Shown here piece by piece: positions 30,420-32,000 of a DNA stretch of 32,000 bases (position 1 is its first letter; the number at the start of each line of letters is the position of its first letter). The stretch lies in NCBI GenBank assembly GCA_022843095.1, contig JALHOH010000002.1:120001-152000 (forward strand). Direction: 5' to 3'. The position numbers were made by a program, and so were the translations under genes. A model generated the notes under the pieces. The model saw only the letters and a program-made list of their open reading frames with translations. It made no database searches and was not told where the DNA came from. This stretch comes from Candidatus Saccharimonadota bacterium. Its GTDB lineage: Bacteria > Patescibacteriota > Patescibacteriia > 2-12-FULL-60-25.

Positions 30420-30866
30420 ATGGAAAACCCGCCTCGTTTCTTTCTCCATCAGAACATGGTCCCAGCCGCGCTCCGCGACGGCATCCAACGCCTGTTCGGC
30501 CTTCCGAACTTCGACCCGCTCCCCTCTATCGAGCATCCGCCGCAGTACCTCATCGTCTGCGTGAAGCTCGCCGAGCTTCCCTGCACCTACCCCCTGAACG
30601 TCCGGGGGTTCGAGGAGCGTCCGATGGGATCAAGCGACGGCCGTGCCTTCAAACGGGAGCTCCAGGATGCGCTGAAGGACGGCCTTGTGACGACGCAGGC
30701 CACGAGGGAGCACTACCGCTTCTCCGTCGTGGATCGTGGCACCGAGGCGGTCTTCGAGCTCGTGCTGGGTACCTTTGACCCGGACACGAACGTCCGGACA
30801 CCCGCAACCAAGCTCGTCTCCCTTCACCTTCTCTGCAAGGGACTGGTCTCCATCCCGATGCTCTAA
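30420..30866 (+). CDS. Orphan protein (148 aa) with C-ending codon bias
   Basis: GGAGG lies 5 nt before ATG 30420. The codon run ctc gcc gag ctt ccc tgc acc tac ccc ctg aac gtc cgg ggg ttc gag gag differs from the core genes' preference for gtg, ttg, gat and ttt. A terminator follows. Confidence 0.55.
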   Translation: MENPPRFFLHQNMVPAALRDGIQRLFGLPNFDPLPSIEHPPQYLIVCVKLAELPCTYPLNVRGFEERPMGSSDGRAFKRELQDALKDGLVTTQATREHYRFSVVDRGTEAVFELVLGTFDPDTNVRTPATKLVSLHLLCKGLVSIPML

Positions 30867-30867
30867 C

Positions 30868-30904
30868 CAAAACCCCCGCCAACTTGCGGGGGTTTCTTTG
30901 TTTT
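30868..30904. terminator. Bidirectional rho-independent terminator
   Basis: CCAAAA CCCCCGC caactt GCGGGGG TTTCTTTGTTTT lies between the convergent 30420-30866 gene and the RNR gene. Confidence 0.8.
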
Positions 30905-30913
30905 ACTCTCACT

Positions 30914-32000
30914 TCATTGGCACACCGCGCATTCTTCCGTCGCGATATCTCGCTTTTGCGTCTCCTGCGTGATCTTTGTTGCCTCAATAGGCGCGCTGGA
31001 ACGGAGGTAGTAAAGCGACTTCATTCCCAGTTTCCATGCAAGCAGGTGCACATCATGCAGATATTTCCCCGAGATCGGCGTCTGGAAGAACAGGTTGATG
31101 GACTGCGCCTGATCGATCCACGGCTGGCGATCCGCCGCCTGCTGCACGATCTCGCGCATATTCATCTCATACGCCGTTCGGAACACTTTGCGCTCTTCCT
31201 CGGACAGCCCCGGCACATTGATGACGCTCCCCTTGTCCGCGATGATCTGCTTCCACACCTCCGGCGCATTCATCCCTTTCTTCGCAAGCAGTTGATCGAG
31301 GTACTTGTTTTTGACAAGGAAACTCCCCGACAACGTCTTCTGCAAATACGCGTTCCCCGAGATGGGCTCGACGCACGGTGTCGCCTCCCCACAGATAAAC
31401 GCCGTAGACGCGGTTGGCTGGACACTCGTCACATACGTGTTGCGACGCGTGCCTCCATCCAACGGAAGTCCGCGTTCCTTCCCCAGCCGTTCGGACGCCT
31501 TCCGCGCATACGTCCCGATCCGTTCAAAGATCTGCTTGTTGATGAGCCGTGCCTGCAAACTTTCAAACGGCACCATCTTGGACATGAGATAGCCGTGGTA
31601 TCCCATCACCCCAAGCCCGATGGAACGTTCGTGCTTCACGGAATTGATGGACTTTCTATATTCCACCCCATCCGCCATCTCGCAAAACGTGTCCAAGTTG
31701 TTATCCAACGCCTTCACACACAAATAGGCGATCTCCTCGACCTCATCTTTCCATTCCTCAAACGTTTCGAGGTTCAAGTTTCCCAGACAGCACACCGCCG
31801 TACGATCGTTCGTCGTGGGCAACACGATTTCGGTGCAAAGGTTGCTTTGACGCACAAACAGCCCCTTCTCCTGATGGTGCGCCGGCACCGCCTTGTTCAC
31901 GGTATCGATAAACAAGAGATACGGCTCCCCGGTTTCTGCACGGATCGTCAGGATCTTGCGCCAGATGTCGAGCGCCGGAAGTTCCTTTGTGACGGTCTGA
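30914..32000 (-). CDS. Ribonucleoside-diphosphate reductase alpha subunit, class I (NrdA/NrdE type), 5' part outside the window
   Basis: SNLCTEIVLPT (catalytic Cys loop), GLGVMGYHG, SLYYLRS (class I Tyr-Tyr pair) and the C-terminal CAVCQ redox pair. The frame stays open to base 32000 (..ETGEPYLLFIDTVN..). Confidence 0.88.
   Translation of the reverse strand, partial: QTVTKELPALDIWRKILTIRAETGEPYLLFIDTVNKAVPAHHQEKGLFVRQSNLCTEIVLPTTNDRTAVCCLGNLNLETFEEWKDEVEEIAYLCVKALDNNLDTFCEMADGVEYRKSINSVKHERSIGLGVMGYHGYLMSKMVPFESLQARLINKQIFERIGTYARKASERLGKERGLPLDGGTRRNTYVTSVQPTASTAFICGEATPCVEPISGNAYLQKTLSGSFLVKNKYLDQLLAKKGMNAPEVWKQIIADKGSVINVPGLSEEERKVFRTAYEMNMREIVQQAADRQPWIDQAQSINLFFQTPISGKYLHDVHLLAWKLGMKSLYYLRSSAPIEATKITQETQKRDIATEECAVCQ

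Overview
The window is mostly a housekeeping stretch of a bacterial chromosome. The gene content (DUF721 protein, TrmB-type regulator, UvrD helicase fused to an Fe-S nuclease, many small orphan genes) suggests an uncultivated Patescibacteria/CPR-like lineage, but that placement is inference only. Confident genes are tgt, a UvrD/PcrA-type helicase with a C-terminal 4-Cys PD-(D/E)XK nuclease, mreB-mreC-mreD-mrdA, greA, lysS, serS, alr, an FtsQ-like protein, a PEP-utilising two-domain enzyme, a tandem-rhodanese protein, tdk, a SanA-like protein, rmuC and the 3' part of a class I ribonucleotide reductase alpha gene. No rRNA, tRNA, CRISPR array, transposase or integrase was seen. Two things stand out. 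(1) A self-contained small-gene cassette occurs three times (about 7744-8147, 13593-13959, 15555-15914). Each copy has a near-identical consensus promoter (TTGACA-17-TAGATT), a GGAGGAGG Shine-Dalgarno, a 77-92 aa paralogous ORF and a hairpin terminator. Two copies sit divergently upstream of lysS and serS and share a further ~90-nt leader that runs into the first codons of both synthetase genes. (2) 25.5-30.9 kb is a compositionally mosaic accessory segment. It holds five TTGACA-17-TAnnnT promoters, and three of them drive hairpin-dense transcription units without convincing ORFs: about 980 nt on the minus strand at 25790-26766, about 190 nt on the minus strand at 26896-27092, and about 540 nt on the plus strand at 29047-29584. 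The same segment carries orphan proteins with C/G-ending codon usage unlike the core genes, two small Trp-rich membrane proteins, a TrmB-family regulator, and a recurring 15-nt palindromic motif (ATTTTGCGACGCAAG). None of the RNA candidates could be assigned to a known family by eye. All family calls rest on motif recognition from the translations, not on database searches.
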